From a virus (taxonomy: Duplodnaviria; Caudoviricetes), in the IMG/VR virus record IMGVR_UViG_3300021197_001105, positions 1-52,210 of that record: 52,210 nucleotides of DNA; one strand, written 5' to 3'. Position numbers and translations under genes: made by a program. Below the pieces are notes generated by a model. It worked only from the letters and a program-made list of their open reading frames with translations. It made no database searches and was not told the DNA's origin. This document shows positions 19,401 to 29,300 of the stretch, in pieces; position 1 is the first letter of the stretch; each line of letters begins with the position of its first letter.

Positions 19401-20580
19401 CAAAGCTCTGAACACTAAGGGGCAGCTAGACGACGTTCGTGCGTTCGACCACCACATTTCTACCTACTGGCCACGCGATCTGAGTAATGTCCATATGTCT
19501 TACGACCCGACAGGCTCAGTTATGTTCATCCTTGACCCGAGTAAGGAAGAAGTCCTCTGCCTTTGGTTCAACACAGGCAAGTCTACGATGCTCAAGGACA
19601 TGTCATTCACCCAAGTCAAGAAGGGTCCATGGCCAAACAACCCAGATATAAGATCCGACGAGCTTGTAGACCGTGCCATGTTCCTTCAGAATCCCCCCTC
19701 CGAAACAGGTGCTCAGGGCTTCAAGCCCCGGATCTACTCCCACGACTACAAGTACGAGAGAACCATTGCCGGTTCAGGTACATCTGCATTCAACGGTAAG
19801 ACTCGCTTAACCCTGATGGACGGCCAAGGAGATACCCGATTCTCTACGCATGGTTCCGTGTCCTCCAAGGTTCTAACCATCGACAACGCAGATGGAACAA
19901 AGGTTTCCAATGCCTGGGTTGGAGGTTATGTGTATGTCATGGATTCTTCGACCTCCTCTTACATTGGCAAGAAATCTAAGATCATCAAGATTGTTACTCC
20001 AGACATAGATGAGATAGGTGCGGGAGGGGTAGACGCTTCATCAAAGGCGGTACTTACGCTTGCTGACGCCACTCTAGATAGTCTCCCCGCTGGTTCTCGC
20101 GTCTGTGTGTCGCCTGTCTACATGCGGTGGATTGGCCACAATATTGGACTGAACTCAGAAGAAGGCACGCAGTTCGGGTCTTCAAACGACTACCACACCC
20201 TGAAGCATATGGACTCTTTGGAGGTGGCATTTACCGATGTGGTTGGGCCTCCCTCAACGGATAGTTCTAAGGATGCCAGATATAGCGGGCTGGCATTCAA
20301 AGGCTCTAACCCAACTCCGGTAGATAACCGATTCCCAACGGACCTCAACAACGCAAAGGTCCAGTCGGTACAAGACAACGAGTCTGTCAATGCAGTAGCA
20401 TTCGGGGAAGATACGGCAGCGGCTCTGGCGATGCAGGGTATGCACGGAGTCAAGGGATCTTCGATAGCTCCGGGGCTAGAAGTCATATGTCCAGACTTGG
20501 ATTTCAGGCTTCTATCAGGTATTGTTATAGGCAAGGTTCTACCCACAACCAGGAACACCAGACCGAACGTAGGAATGTGA
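13489..20580 (+). CDS. Giant tail nozzle / stabilisation-like protein (2363 aa) with nested repeat domains
   Basis: C-terminal beta-propeller-like segments (GELRWSS, EIIALKTLGDVVYGFS, GFGTTGANSL, MYYMTPKGV) as in P22 gp10 / T7 gp12-like proteins; eight internal ATxTF...F(T/A/S)GG domains. Confidence 0.75.
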   Translation: MANEISSKWYYPLTEVSQDKRVALPGVKPGYASELAGFDGQLSGGLRPFSGFKNIYDLDMLTSDGGTTAHAADSVNLTYHNTSTHVTDFFPITFNIDFDTYGYGFVYRAQRPNQGSSATFTFSGAVGVNETIQIIDNSGTPVTKVYKAASSGTSGTESSAVSATATFTFNAVAQLGGTITLIGSAGLSKTYMGSNDDADSNGTVDATGNIIFKVGASNTDSSANLRTAILATTGHNGAISVTDDGGGKLTLTQNDGGLDATQGLAGNKAIVVSTTPDFNEKCSVNPPSAFTGGIDSSVIFRNDTGANENAAALKVAIEASLGHNNTVAVEVVGAKVTLTQATVGESGDTAITVSSSWNSACSVNVPAKFTGGSTTDKADIFLDFYLAECDVYSTGNVIKANISSTEPMDVESTGRMVFVGVRGVDPILFYVTEDPPGIDETSTSHSIGCIAGGDCTSSSDGSSYCPAIASLTFDAVVPSTNIITSVSEKGIIATRTNSKAEASWKFTERAEEGSAIQIESSDGRNIYYKAKGGATNGTIESSGGVDYVLFNSGATAFTTGQFTFSGAMPANETIKLIDTNGKERIYEAAAGGSPAVKGSSETQATATFTFEFKAVEGSTLTLTDNSASPVTRIYKCMTDAEETAGTYENGQVGNEADSSFLMFKRGDSPANSATNLVAAINNAANTIGITAAVATSTTVNLTQDTAALSTGTLADGNTNVGSGSSFTNACSVNPPSAFTGGGFTVEFTRGSSAADTAAGLKAAVINALGHENTIATTYTPSSANLTLTQSVYDGTKGGTAIAVSGSWNANCSVNPPSAFGATIVAATEATAAATNFKAAVDSASGHNSTGGFGTTTLTFDNQPAAGSEIQLISSVGTDKTVNYKATATLESNGTLDGTDVLFYNGSGNTDAGKNEAAYYLRKAINSANGHNASPAKATATFNFFENPGEGPKVTIVSTDGTSRLFEFSTGGETTGDVGGGSQIFVGVSASASPGVAAQQFASAVNSSNAFGGSSPKIIATVSAKTVTLTQQTEGVAGNSTITYNVVASGSKLDSYINPAPTAFSGGTVDWNGTTLNTEQRLSVEEDIGVVGKLTFRQLETTSGGNTTVTTDSAMNTATSGGAVADFAGGGSASTSSNLRFTVTANGSGTAGQVNMQQSLGDARGNKPIFTFFGFNNNTSPPPPERFAGGGTMLTNSTMTLVDGEGNSHIYIYDRSSTNQNGDQDTDGRYIIGIQEELSLTEQVKATVRVIAAASDNTKITAYAINDKKLGLKQLVLGTVGNTSVVLSTDAAKLITKTDFTGGVGPQSASAATSVASVSCAVRHSLVIEEETGPGPKPLLEGPFQGWQNAYVVDTPSPVTVPSNARLIFSVTAPNSGIYKSIGEPLFDGGYTIDSVLYNGGTNAEIVETYNQIQIANNNQNDAVYGFIDCDFDYGGEAGDGDEVPETENDGNSGTDVDDPTCSELLELAIPHIGISPGGVVNPGPDPFASPNKQAVRRTICNYKLNSITDGNQVNQLPIIEIFTYTFAQGNNPSHEFKIWNCKMDIYVRKKNDAENPFVEGTNNPEGYGNFQLAATNVNLKIDEKKRNEMYTYVSNSKGGKFAQFVPNGGRDIVLVNEEAKSFATAAGYTDTEKGGNSHANCYITHFNMASVFGCDNFSAGEYQVQVVWRTMCCEPVQNKSSEIITFTVDPAICEFEGEGEEKQVSDLKRLKKGNYVFSYVLYDSKTGRRSALTEVLTVKEEDFTADENFAFIDLVYDKTKYDHAYFYRSVNTQDAGGVSVAGVLSLDRIAKLQDYIIDGNQPTNTDYRRAVYPYKLEDMSILYQPTYRTETPVFDEKMPAGGSMLWYGNTLLVSRIKNAGASSSTEERIEDVQRGIGELRWSSMMENSPEMFSPFNRYVPVVPSNEIIALKTLGDVVYGFSRDRAYNIRKDSGMGIAFMKVMDLHEGFGTTGANSLEGVGSSMYYMTPKGVKALNTKGQLDDVRAFDHHISTYWPRDLSNVHMSYDPTGSVMFILDPSKEEVLCLWFNTGKSTMLKDMSFTQVKKGPWPNNPDIRSDELVDRAMFLQNPPSETGAQGFKPRIYSHDYKYERTIAGSGTSAFNGKTRLTLMDGQGDTRFSTHGSVSSKVLTIDNADGTKVSNAWVGGYVYVMDSSTSSYIGKKSKIIKIVTPDIDEIGAGGVDASSKAVLTLADATLDSLPAGSRVCVSPVYMRWIGHNIGLNSEEGTQFGSSNDYHTLKHMDSLEVAFTDVVGPPSTDSSKDARYSGLAFKGSNPTPVDNRFPTDLNNAKVQSVQDNESVNAVAFGEDTAAALAMQGMHGVKGSSIAPGLEVICPDLDFRLLSGIVIGKVLPTTRNTRPNVGM

Positions 20581-20585
20581 TACAT

Positions 20586-22145
20586 ATGGCATACGGCGAT
20601 TACTACGACAATCCCGAAGATTCATTCTTCGGGCAAGAAAGCAACTTCATGAATGCGGGCCAGGATCCGTATGGTGTGTCTCAAAGCTATGACGATATGT
20701 TTAGCTCTATGCAGCCTAATTTCCAAGGGGCATATGAAGCAAATCTTGACTCAGGCATGGATCCCGGGACAGCGGGGCGTCCTGAAAATATGCCTAACCT
20801 AACCAATCAGCTTTTTGGCATTGCCTTCGGGGATATGCAAAGAACTACTGACCTTGAAAATCTTAGGCAACAATCCTACCAGCAAGGCATCAACACATCA
20901 GGGTCATCCCTTAACGACTTCAATAGTTTTCTTAGTCAACTACAAGCAGGTCTTTCGGAATCTTCTATGGATATGTATCAAGAACAACTTGATGCGGGAG
21001 AAGAAGGAAGAAACGCAAAGCTTGAACGTCTTGAAGACTACCGTCTTACTTTGGAAGATCAGTTTCAATCTAACGCTCTTGGTAGTGACAAGATGCGTGA
21101 GTACATGGAAAAGATTCAGGCAAAGGGTGACGCAAGAACTGCAAAAATTGAAGATGCAGTTAGTCAGTGGATGGTTGAATCCGACGACTGGCGTAAAGAA
21201 TCCAAGAAAAAGTTTGATGATTACTCAAAGAGAGTCCAAGACAGGGACGATTACATGGTCGAGACGGCTCAAAAAGCCAGAGACGATTTTGAGTTAAACC
21301 TTACTGCAACGATCCAGGCCAAGATAGCGGGTATGGAAGAGTCCTTTAGGTCTACTCAAGATCTGTTGGCTATGGATCAAAACATGTCTGATGAGCAAAA
21401 GGCTGCTCTCAAGATACAGAACAAAGCAAGATATGACGCTGAACTTCAAGGCACGGCAACTAACTTGAACAACGAAGCTGCTAAACAAAACTTGGCTGCT
21501 GCTAATGGGTTAGTCCAGACTCTTAATGCTTCTAGTGCTACAAACGTAGCACTGGCCCAAGCGTCGAGCCAGAACAATGCTGCGTTGAATCAAAATGCAG
21601 TAAGCGTTATGAATACTTCTGCTGGAATGTTGATGCAAGCACAACAACTTGGAGCACAGTACGACGCTCAAGCTATGAGTGCTGGTTTTAAAGCTATTGA
21701 GTTTGATGCAAGAAACGAAGCCATGTTGTCCCAAGGATACGCACAACTCACAGCTTTGGAGGGACAGGTGCAAGACAGCTTTATGACGAACATATCTAAT
21801 GCAGCTCAGATGTTTGCCACTAACATCTTTAATATGTCTCAGACAATGGTTCAAGGTAAACAGATTGAGCTTAGTGGTAAAAGGGATTTGGCTGCCATGT
21901 ACACAAACAGACAGTTTAATTACCCTGTGGCAATGGACGCAGTTAATGTTGTTTTTGCCCAGTCCATGGCTTTGATGAGTGCAGGACTAGACCCCAATAC
22001 TCAGACAGCTTTTGGTCTAGGTGCTGCTTGGCAAGGCAATCCTTTTGATATGACACAAGCTTTTTCACTTCCAGATGACTATGTAGGTGGTGGAGCAGCT
22101 CCCATGGGGTCTGCAAACTTTAGTGGCGGGACAACAGACGTATGA
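20586..22145 (+). CDS. Probable internal virion (ejection) protein
   Basis: Helical, A/Q/N/M-rich; follows the nozzle gene; start placed at MAYGDYY. Confidence 0.6.
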   Translation: MAYGDYYDNPEDSFFGQESNFMNAGQDPYGVSQSYDDMFSSMQPNFQGAYEANLDSGMDPGTAGRPENMPNLTNQLFGIAFGDMQRTTDLENLRQQSYQQGINTSGSSLNDFNSFLSQLQAGLSESSMDMYQEQLDAGEEGRNAKLERLEDYRLTLEDQFQSNALGSDKMREYMEKIQAKGDARTAKIEDAVSQWMVESDDWRKESKKKFDDYSKRVQDRDDYMVETAQKARDDFELNLTATIQAKIAGMEESFRSTQDLLAMDQNMSDEQKAALKIQNKARYDAELQGTATNLNNEAAKQNLAAANGLVQTLNASSATNVALAQASSQNNAALNQNAVSVMNTSAGMLMQAQQLGAQYDAQAMSAGFKAIEFDARNEAMLSQGYAQLTALEGQVQDSFMTNISNAAQMFATNIFNMSQTMVQGKQIELSGKRDLAAMYTNRQFNYPVAMDAVNVVFAQSMALMSAGLDPNTQTAFGLGAAWQGNPFDMTQAFSLPDDYVGGGAAPMGSANFSGGTTDV

Positions 22146-24274
22146 GCAATCAACCAGCAAGACCATTTGGCGATCCGGGACAACTCCTTAATAGCTTTGT
22201 AGCTTCAGCGGGGAAAGTTGGTGAGTTGAAAAACCAACGTATGGGCATGAACCTAGCCCACCGTAGAGGTATGGCCGATCAAGATTTAAGTAGACAGCAG
22301 CAACAATTCCAACAAGAGATGGTTATTGCTGAATTCAATCAACGTTACGGGGGTAATGTCCCAACTAACATGAGGCAAGCAGAGTCTGCGTCTCAAGCGG
22401 CAGAGCAGAACTATACAAACTACAATCGTCAGCTTGGGGTTAACGAAGTTACTTCGTTCCCTGGTGAAGCTAGATCTGCTCAAGTTGAAGGTCATCTTGC
22501 AGCTGTCGAGAATGACATTTTGAATAGGTCTGTTCTCCAAAGTTACAAGAAACCTCTTGGCGAGATGGAAGGTCAAGCCCTATCCCAGATTGCAAGCATC
22601 AACGACTACCTTGCTCCTGACCAGTTGCAGCAAGAAACAAACAGAGCGATGCTCTTGTCCCGTGCTCTTGGAATGTATGACCAAGGAAACATAGATAAAA
22701 CACGAAGAACATTTATCTCCGATGCGATAGTTCAGAATTCCTTTAGAAGAAGCATCGCAGACATGAAAGTCGATAGAGGGGATGTCTCTGAAGCTATGTC
22801 AACCGGAGGAGGAGACTTTGCTACGGACTACATGAGATATGGTTATGGTTGGGTTCCAGGTATAAGCAGCATTTATGCGGATCCTGTAGCAGGCAATGAG
22901 GCTGATCAAGTAGATAGTATGCAAGAAATGATCAATGCGGTTAACAAAACCGAAAAGGGATTTTTTGAGCGAAGCGGAAAGAATCTTAAGTACGCCGCAC
23001 AGACAGTTGCTTTTGGAGCTCTAGGAGACAGAAACGCTCTAGTTGAAACAGAACTAGATGCCTTTGGTGACGATGGTTATTTAAACTCCGAAACCCTAGG
23101 CAAGATGCAATACTTCAAAAACATGTCTACTGCTACTTCTAACATAGGCGACGTTGCCTACGAGACTGCAAAGAGCATGGGCATAAAAGATGTCACTCGA
23201 CTTGACAACATTAGATCTAAATCAAACAAGATCATGAACATAGTTGTCAAGGGATACATCCAGAACAGTTCTGAGATCCAAGACATCCAGTTTCAGATTA
23301 ACCGAGCAGCCGAAAAAGGTAATGAAGCTGCTGTTAGTGTCATGACTAACTACCTTAGAAATTCTTTGGGGGTTGATCTCGAATCCAATCAAGAATACTC
23401 CGGAGCAGGAGGAGGTCTTGAAGCTATTAGGAACCAGATTGATGGTTTGTTGAACGTCCCTTCTGTTGAAGGAGATGCTGGTCTGGAACAGATGAAACAA
23501 GACAACGCCTTGATCGGGCAGATTGTTGGCGACGTTGCTCAAGTTGTAGGAACTGACTGGGCTGATAACTTGGACCGTCAAAGAGCCATAAGCATTACAG
23601 ACCTAGGCAAGACTGCAGAAGGTAGCGAAAGAATTGCAGCTGCTTCCGAATCTTTGGATATGAGTCAAGAAGATTTGACAACCGTATTCAAAAGCAAAAA
23701 GAAACTTGCCGCAGCTGAAGCTAAGACAGCAAGAAAGTGGATGTCCGGATTTGAAGAGATAATGGGAGAAAGACACTCTAGCCGAATTGAGTTGCTTGGT
23801 GCTTCTTCTGCTATTACAGAGATGCTTGCTCCTTGGAGAGAGGCTTCTGTTGGATTCAAACAAGATCCTTATCAGATGACAGAAGCAATCTCTGACTCAA
23901 TAGAACGACAACGTCGTATGGATATTGAAAGCTTGAATGCTCTTGGGCAGTTCAGCGGTCCTGCAAAAGGAAACGTGGAAACCTACGACTACTTCAACCC
24001 CACTAGAGATGAGCTTCTTAAGTTCAGAGATGAAGCAATAACTAGGCAGCAAGAACGGTTTGATAACGTGAAGGCAGGCAAGGAAGTATCTGCTCCAAAA
24101 CGACATCCTAATCCCGCGTTCGACGCTATTGAGATAGCCGCGTATAATGCAGCCAAAGCAGACTTGCTTCAAGAGGGTTCGGACTCAAGGGCACTCGATG
24201 AGATAGACGCTATGCGTCGAACAGACAAAGCTAGTCAGTTCATGAGAGAACAAGAGAACTTGGAGAACCGGTGA
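22142..24274 (+). CDS. Probable internal virion (ejection) protein
   Basis: 710-aa helical protein, ATGA-coupled, in the podovirus ejectosome position. Confidence 0.6.
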   Translation: MSNQPARPFGDPGQLLNSFVASAGKVGELKNQRMGMNLAHRRGMADQDLSRQQQQFQQEMVIAEFNQRYGGNVPTNMRQAESASQAAEQNYTNYNRQLGVNEVTSFPGEARSAQVEGHLAAVENDILNRSVLQSYKKPLGEMEGQALSQIASINDYLAPDQLQQETNRAMLLSRALGMYDQGNIDKTRRTFISDAIVQNSFRRSIADMKVDRGDVSEAMSTGGGDFATDYMRYGYGWVPGISSIYADPVAGNEADQVDSMQEMINAVNKTEKGFFERSGKNLKYAAQTVAFGALGDRNALVETELDAFGDDGYLNSETLGKMQYFKNMSTATSNIGDVAYETAKSMGIKDVTRLDNIRSKSNKIMNIVVKGYIQNSSEIQDIQFQINRAAEKGNEAAVSVMTNYLRNSLGVDLESNQEYSGAGGGLEAIRNQIDGLLNVPSVEGDAGLEQMKQDNALIGQIVGDVAQVVGTDWADNLDRQRAISITDLGKTAEGSERIAAASESLDMSQEDLTTVFKSKKKLAAAEAKTARKWMSGFEEIMGERHSSRIELLGASSAITEMLAPWREASVGFKQDPYQMTEAISDSIERQRRMDIESLNALGQFSGPAKGNVETYDYFNPTRDELLKFRDEAITRQQERFDNVKAGKEVSAPKRHPNPAFDAIEIAAYNAAKADLLQEGSDSRALDEIDAMRRTDKASQFMREQENLENR

Positions 24275-24639
24275 CCCCCTGGAAACAAATAGCATCTCAA
24301 GCATCAAAGACTCACGACGAGAAGGGTTACTCTCTCGTCGACATGTTGAGTTCTGATTTTGTAGTCAAGAACATGCCTTTGGTAAACACAGTCCCAGAAG
24401 ACAAACTACTAAAGGTAGCGGGGAAAAAGATAACCCCTAAAGACATCAGAACCTACACCTGGTCCAACAGGAAGAGTCGCTTCATGACTCGGGACCGAGC
24501 AGTTGTTTGGACATACTATGACCAAGAAACCGATACGTCTTTTGTAGGCATCGGAGCCGAGGTAGAACCTAAAACACTTGAGCGGATCCCCAACGACCGC
24601 ATCATCCGAGGCTACGAAAGCGAGAATACCGATGGCTAG
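24271..24639 (+). CDS. Hypothetical protein
   Basis: GTGA coupling and SD GGAG. Confidence 0.65.
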   Translation: MTPWKQIASQASKTHDEKGYSLVDMLSSDFVVKNMPLVNTVPEDKLLKVAGKKITPKDIRTYTWSNRKSRFMTRDRAVVWTYYDQETDTSFVGIGAEVEPKTLERIPNDRIIRGYESENTDG

Positions 24640-25372
24640 AGTGTACGTTGATAATGCTAGGAACAGACAGCTTGGGCGTGTGGGTAAACCATACGGCAGT
24701 ACTGCTAGTGCTTCAGTTCAAGACATGTTGTTTTCTGATGAGGGAGGAACCAATAGAAACGCTGCCCCTAGTTCATCTACTTCAGCCGAGGTTAAAAACG
24801 AAAGAGGGCCAAGAAGACCTCGTCCAGAAAACCAAAGAGGACGAAGAAGTGCAAGGCAAATTAGAGCTAGGGCTGCTGGTCGAAGAGCAAGACAATCTTC
24901 AAGACAAGCAGAACAAGGTCCGTCTAGATCTTCAGACGAACAAAGATCTGCTCGTAAGAACAGAGCACCGGGCCGAGGCAATCCCGCAAGAACTTCTGAT
25001 GCCCTTAAAAATGCAGCGGGGAAACTTAAAGGTCTTGGGACTTTAAAAGGTATTGGAGGAGTAGTTGGTAGAGCTGCCCCGCCTGTGGCGGCAGCCATGA
25101 TACTTTATGATGTCCTTCAAGATTTTGCCGGTGTAGGAGACATGGTTAATTCTCAAAGCCTACGTCGACGCCTAGAAGAAGACGCCGCTCGGGATGTTTA
25201 TACGTCAAGGAATCCTATTCGGGAGGGAGACGAGCTGGCAAGGGAGCTTGAGTTCTTGGCTAATATGGCGGAAGCACAGAACACCGGAGGAAGATACGAG
25301 ATGGCTGCACAGACACCGGGTCTTGCACGAACAACTGTAGATGACCTACTTAATAGTGGAGCCTTCGGATGA
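24632..25372 (+). CDS. Arg-rich protein with an N-terminal YVDNxxNRxLGRVG motif
   Basis: Start placed at MARVYVDN, overlapping the upstream stop. Confidence 0.65.
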   Translation: MARVYVDNARNRQLGRVGKPYGSTASASVQDMLFSDEGGTNRNAAPSSSTSAEVKNERGPRRPRPENQRGRRSARQIRARAAGRRARQSSRQAEQGPSRSSDEQRSARKNRAPGRGNPARTSDALKNAAGKLKGLGTLKGIGGVVGRAAPPVAAAMILYDVLQDFAGVGDMVNSQSLRRRLEEDAARDVYTSRNPIREGDELARELEFLANMAEAQNTGGRYEMAAQTPGLARTTVDDLLNSGAFG

Positions 25373-25878
25373 TTGGTGCACTCAGGGGGCTTAGGTCCGT
25401 AATTCCAAGACTGTCTAAGCAGCCGGAACTTAGAGCTTTAAACCAGTTTCCAGCTAAACATCCGTTTCAGACGGCGGGTATTGCTTTAGGCGGGTTGGGT
25501 TTTGCTGATATGATCGGGGCTCCTTTGGTTAAAGGGGTTGCCGAGGACTTTAGCAACCAGAAGACAGAAGACCTGCTTAAGAATCTGGAGTTTGAAAAGC
25601 AACAATCTGCTATCCAACAGGGGTTGGCATCAAGACAACAGGCTGTGGAACAAGAAATAGCTAAACAGTCCGCAAGGCTTGCAGCTGCTAATCCACATCT
25701 ATACAATCAGATCATTGCTGGAAGACGCTTGCCGCAGGGTGCGGTGATACTTGGCGGTAATCCACGCACTGACCTCATGGAACAGATTGCCTCTGGTATG
25801 GCATCTAATCCTCAGTTACAACAACCGGGACCAACGATGGCCCCACAAGATCAGTTCCTCAACGAACTAGGAGTTTAG
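25369..25878 (+). CDS. Hypothetical protein, possibly internal virion
   Basis: ATGA coupling; Gly-rich hydrophobic segment plus a Q-rich coil. Confidence 0.65.
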   Translation: MIGALRGLRSVIPRLSKQPELRALNQFPAKHPFQTAGIALGGLGFADMIGAPLVKGVAEDFSNQKTEDLLKNLEFEKQQSAIQQGLASRQQAVEQEIAKQSARLAAANPHLYNQIIAGRRLPQGAVILGGNPRTDLMEQIASGMASNPQLQQPGPTMAPQDQFLNELGV

Positions 25879-25882
25879 AACA

Positions 25883-26290
25883 ATGGCTGGCGAAGTAGTC
25901 CTCCCAATCCAAGAATGTCCCGATGACTTCCAAACAATCTCTGTAGTGTTGCAGTCAGATGGTTCTGGTGAAGTTTCAAATAACCAAACAATTCATTACT
26001 GCGAACGCGACACGATCGTTGATGCAGCATTTATTCGATTTGCTCTTGGTGACGATGATGCCACCTGGACTCTTGAGAAGTGTCCAGACGGTACTGCAGT
26101 TGCTTCAGGTGTAGATCTGAGTAATGCAGTTACTCATGCTACGGCATTGAATAACAAGGTATCAACTTTCACTATTGTTGAAACTGCTAACATTGTTGAA
26201 GCAGGTTCAGCTATCACTGTTAAGTGTACGGGAACCAGTACCGCAAAACTTGGTGTAGTTACCTTGAGAGTTCGCACTCGAGTACGCTGA
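25883..26290 (+). CDS. Small beta-rich protein, candidate capsid decoration protein
   Basis: SD AGGAG; T/V/A-rich beta-strand pattern; has its own terminator. Confidence 0.6.
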   Translation: MAGEVVLPIQECPDDFQTISVVLQSDGSGEVSNNQTIHYCERDTIVDAAFIRFALGDDDATWTLEKCPDGTAVASGVDLSNAVTHATALNNKVSTFTIVETANIVEAGSAITVKCTGTSTAKLGVVTLRVRTRVR

Positions 26291-26320
26291 TAAAGAAACC
26301 CTTTCTCGTTTGTTGAGTAC

Positions 26321-26354
26321 AAGGGCGGTCGGTTAAATCTGGCCGCCCTTTTTT
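26321..26354 (+). terminator. Intrinsic terminator
   Basis: AAGGGCGGTCGG / CTGGCCGCCCTT stem around a TTAAAT loop, followed by TTTT. Confidence 0.75.
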
Positions 26355-26357
26355 ATC

Positions 26358-29300
26358 ATGGCTACTGAATTCCAACCGACGCAGTTTCAACCGGTATCTC
26401 TTTACGATCTTCCTACTCTGGCTTTTTCTCAGCTTGCGGAGGGAGAAGCAACCCGTAAGGGATTTCTTTCTGGTGTGTCAGAAGCTACAGGCATTGGAAA
26501 CTCCACACTCACACCAAATGAGCGAGAGTCTCTTCTATCTGAATACAAAACATCCAATGGTGTTGATGGGATTAGTGGTGCTCTTGTCGACATTGCTACC
26601 AACCCTTGGGTATGGCTTGCGTTTCTTACTACACCTGGTGGTATGTCTGCAATTAAAGCAGGCGTGAAGGGAACGAGCGAAGGCATCTTTAAGGTTGCTC
26701 CTAAGTTTCACACGTTTGTGCGAGAGGAAGCTCCCCGCTTGGTTGGTTGGAACTTCTTGACTGCGAATCAAGCGTTCAGGAACACGCAGCTACTACCGGC
26801 TATGAAAGAGGTAGCGACTGAGCGGGCTAACCAGCTCAACTACTTCAACGAGTCCATAACTCCTGCTACCGAAAAGGTGATTGCTAACCTCCGTAGTCGG
26901 GGAATCAAGGTTACTTCGTTGGATCCTAAGAAGGCTCCGATCAAACACCGCGAGCTACTTGAGGATCTGGATGCTGCGATACACGGTCGGCTGTCGGGTA
27001 TGGATAGAAACGTAACTAGGACAGTTACTAAACCCGAGCTGGAAGTACAAGATTTTGAAGTTGAATACGTCATTAATGGTCGTCAAGCCAAAGCCGTGTT
27101 TAATGACGTGGAAGATGCAAGAGCCAGGATATCAGTACTAGAAGCTGACAGTACAGTTTCAGGTGTCAGACTTGTTGCACCTAGTAGAGCTCCAAGAGTA
27201 GATTTCAATACCACCGCTGTTCAAGCAGATGCTGTAATGAATCCACTTATCGTAGATGACATACTACGACAGAACGGTGCTGAAGATCTTGTCACTGCAT
27301 ACCGAAGTTACTACGACGAGACTGCCAAGAGAATGTTCTTGCAGGACGATCTTGTTGAAGCATCCGACTTGTCTCTTCGCGAGATTATGTCTGATCCGAA
27401 TGTAGCCAAGGAGTTTATTGACGAAGACAAAGTCGTAAACTTGTACAGGTCCAACGCACAAAGAGGATCAGAAAAATCCGAGACACTGTTTAGTATCAGG
27501 GACGATTTCTCTGACGACCCGGGAATGAGAACAATCCAAGAGGTTATGAATCTTGTAGGTTCCGATGCAAGGATGGCATTCAGAACAGGCGAGGTGTCCG
27601 ACGTAGTAAAGAACGTCATGGCTAACAACTTGGGTAACGGATTCTACCATCCCAAGATGTACGACAACGTCAACGAGATGGGTTCTTCCCTTCTCAAGTC
27701 AGCCAATCGAACAGCGGGGAAACAGGTCAGGGGAGAAGCACAGGCAATCGCTGCAGGACAGACGATGCCCAGGCATAAGGAATACTCCAGCAGCATCTAT
27801 TCCCAAGAAGATCTTCAGGTTCTAAGGAGAATGAGTGGGGACGATGCTGAGTTGCTTGAGAACGTAAACAAGCTTGAGACAAGATTAACTCGTGCTGCTA
27901 ACTCAGCTAAAGCTGAAGGAACTACCGCCACTGTTTCTAGGTTAGGTGTGCACGACGCTGCTCAGTTTTACTCAAACAATATGGCTAACTCCTACTCTTT
28001 GTTTATTCATGGGGCACGAAGAGTTGGAAGGGGCACCAGCACACCAGGAGTAATCAACTACTCCGATGTGTGGGAAGAAACCAGTAAAGCAAACAAGAAC
28101 TCTCAGAAGTTCTACGACGATAACCCGACTTCTAAAACAGCTGGTGAACGAAACCTATATGACCCGGATAGTTTTGGTGGCACTGTTGTAAACCACAGAC
28201 AGTCACTAAACGAGTTGCCTATTGAGAAGCAACCATTTAAAGGTCAGAGAGGTTATTACACATTCGGAGATGCGATTAACCAAGTAGATGGCAGTGTTCG
28301 TGAAGCATCGCTTAGAGGAATCATCAAAGACACTTTGGTTCCACAGATGCTGGGACGATCAAACATTGCTAACTCAACCGAAAACATGCTGGTACACCAA
28401 ACCGCTCTTGGTGCGAAGTCTGTCTCGAGTTTGTTAAAGAACATTAAGCTGGACAAAACTGAACTAGGGAAGAAGGTGATTGGTGCACTCGACGACTTTG
28501 CAGAAAAGCCTGCTTACTTTGTAGGTGCTGGACAGAACGGTGGCATTGCTAGATACCTGTACATGACACACCTGGGGTTCAATCCTGCGGCTGTGGTTTT
28601 GAACCTGACCCAGCCGTGGCTCCTGGGTGCAACCTACATGGGGGTAGGTAATACGATCAAGGCATACGGTCAAGCAATGAAAGAGATGGGCGGTTACATG
28701 TCCGACCGTCTAGCTGTTGGTGGTCTGAACATAGACGATGCAACCAAGGTAGCTTTGATCCGCAAGAACTTTAGTCATGCCGACGACTTGGGCATTGGTC
28801 CTGATGTGATCAACACACTAGACAACACAGTACTGCCTACTTCTCCTGTATCTCAGGGTAAGACCCGTATGCAGAAGTTCTCAGACTTGTCACTCAAGCT
28901 CTTCGAGAAGGGCGAGTGGATGAACCGTCTGGTCACAGCCCACGCAACAGACAACCTGTACAAAGCAGCGGGGAAATTTGTTAAGACTGGGCCACTGGCT
29001 GCACAGCGTAGAAACAATGTAAGGGAGATGATTCAGGAGACGCAGTTTGGTGCTGACTTCTTGAACACTCCGTTTGCTTTCATGGGTGGTGGACCGCTGG
29101 GTCAGTACCTGGGTCGACCAGAGGTGCGTCAGTTCCTTACATTCCCAGTCCGTTCGGTTACAGGTCTACTTACTACGTCTAAGCAGATCAATGAAGGTCG
29201 CAGGACTGTGATGGGTTTTGACATGCCGTTCGGTAGGACAGCAGACTTCATGAGAGGCATGGGTATTTCTGCTTCTCTGTACTATGCAGGTAGAAACATG

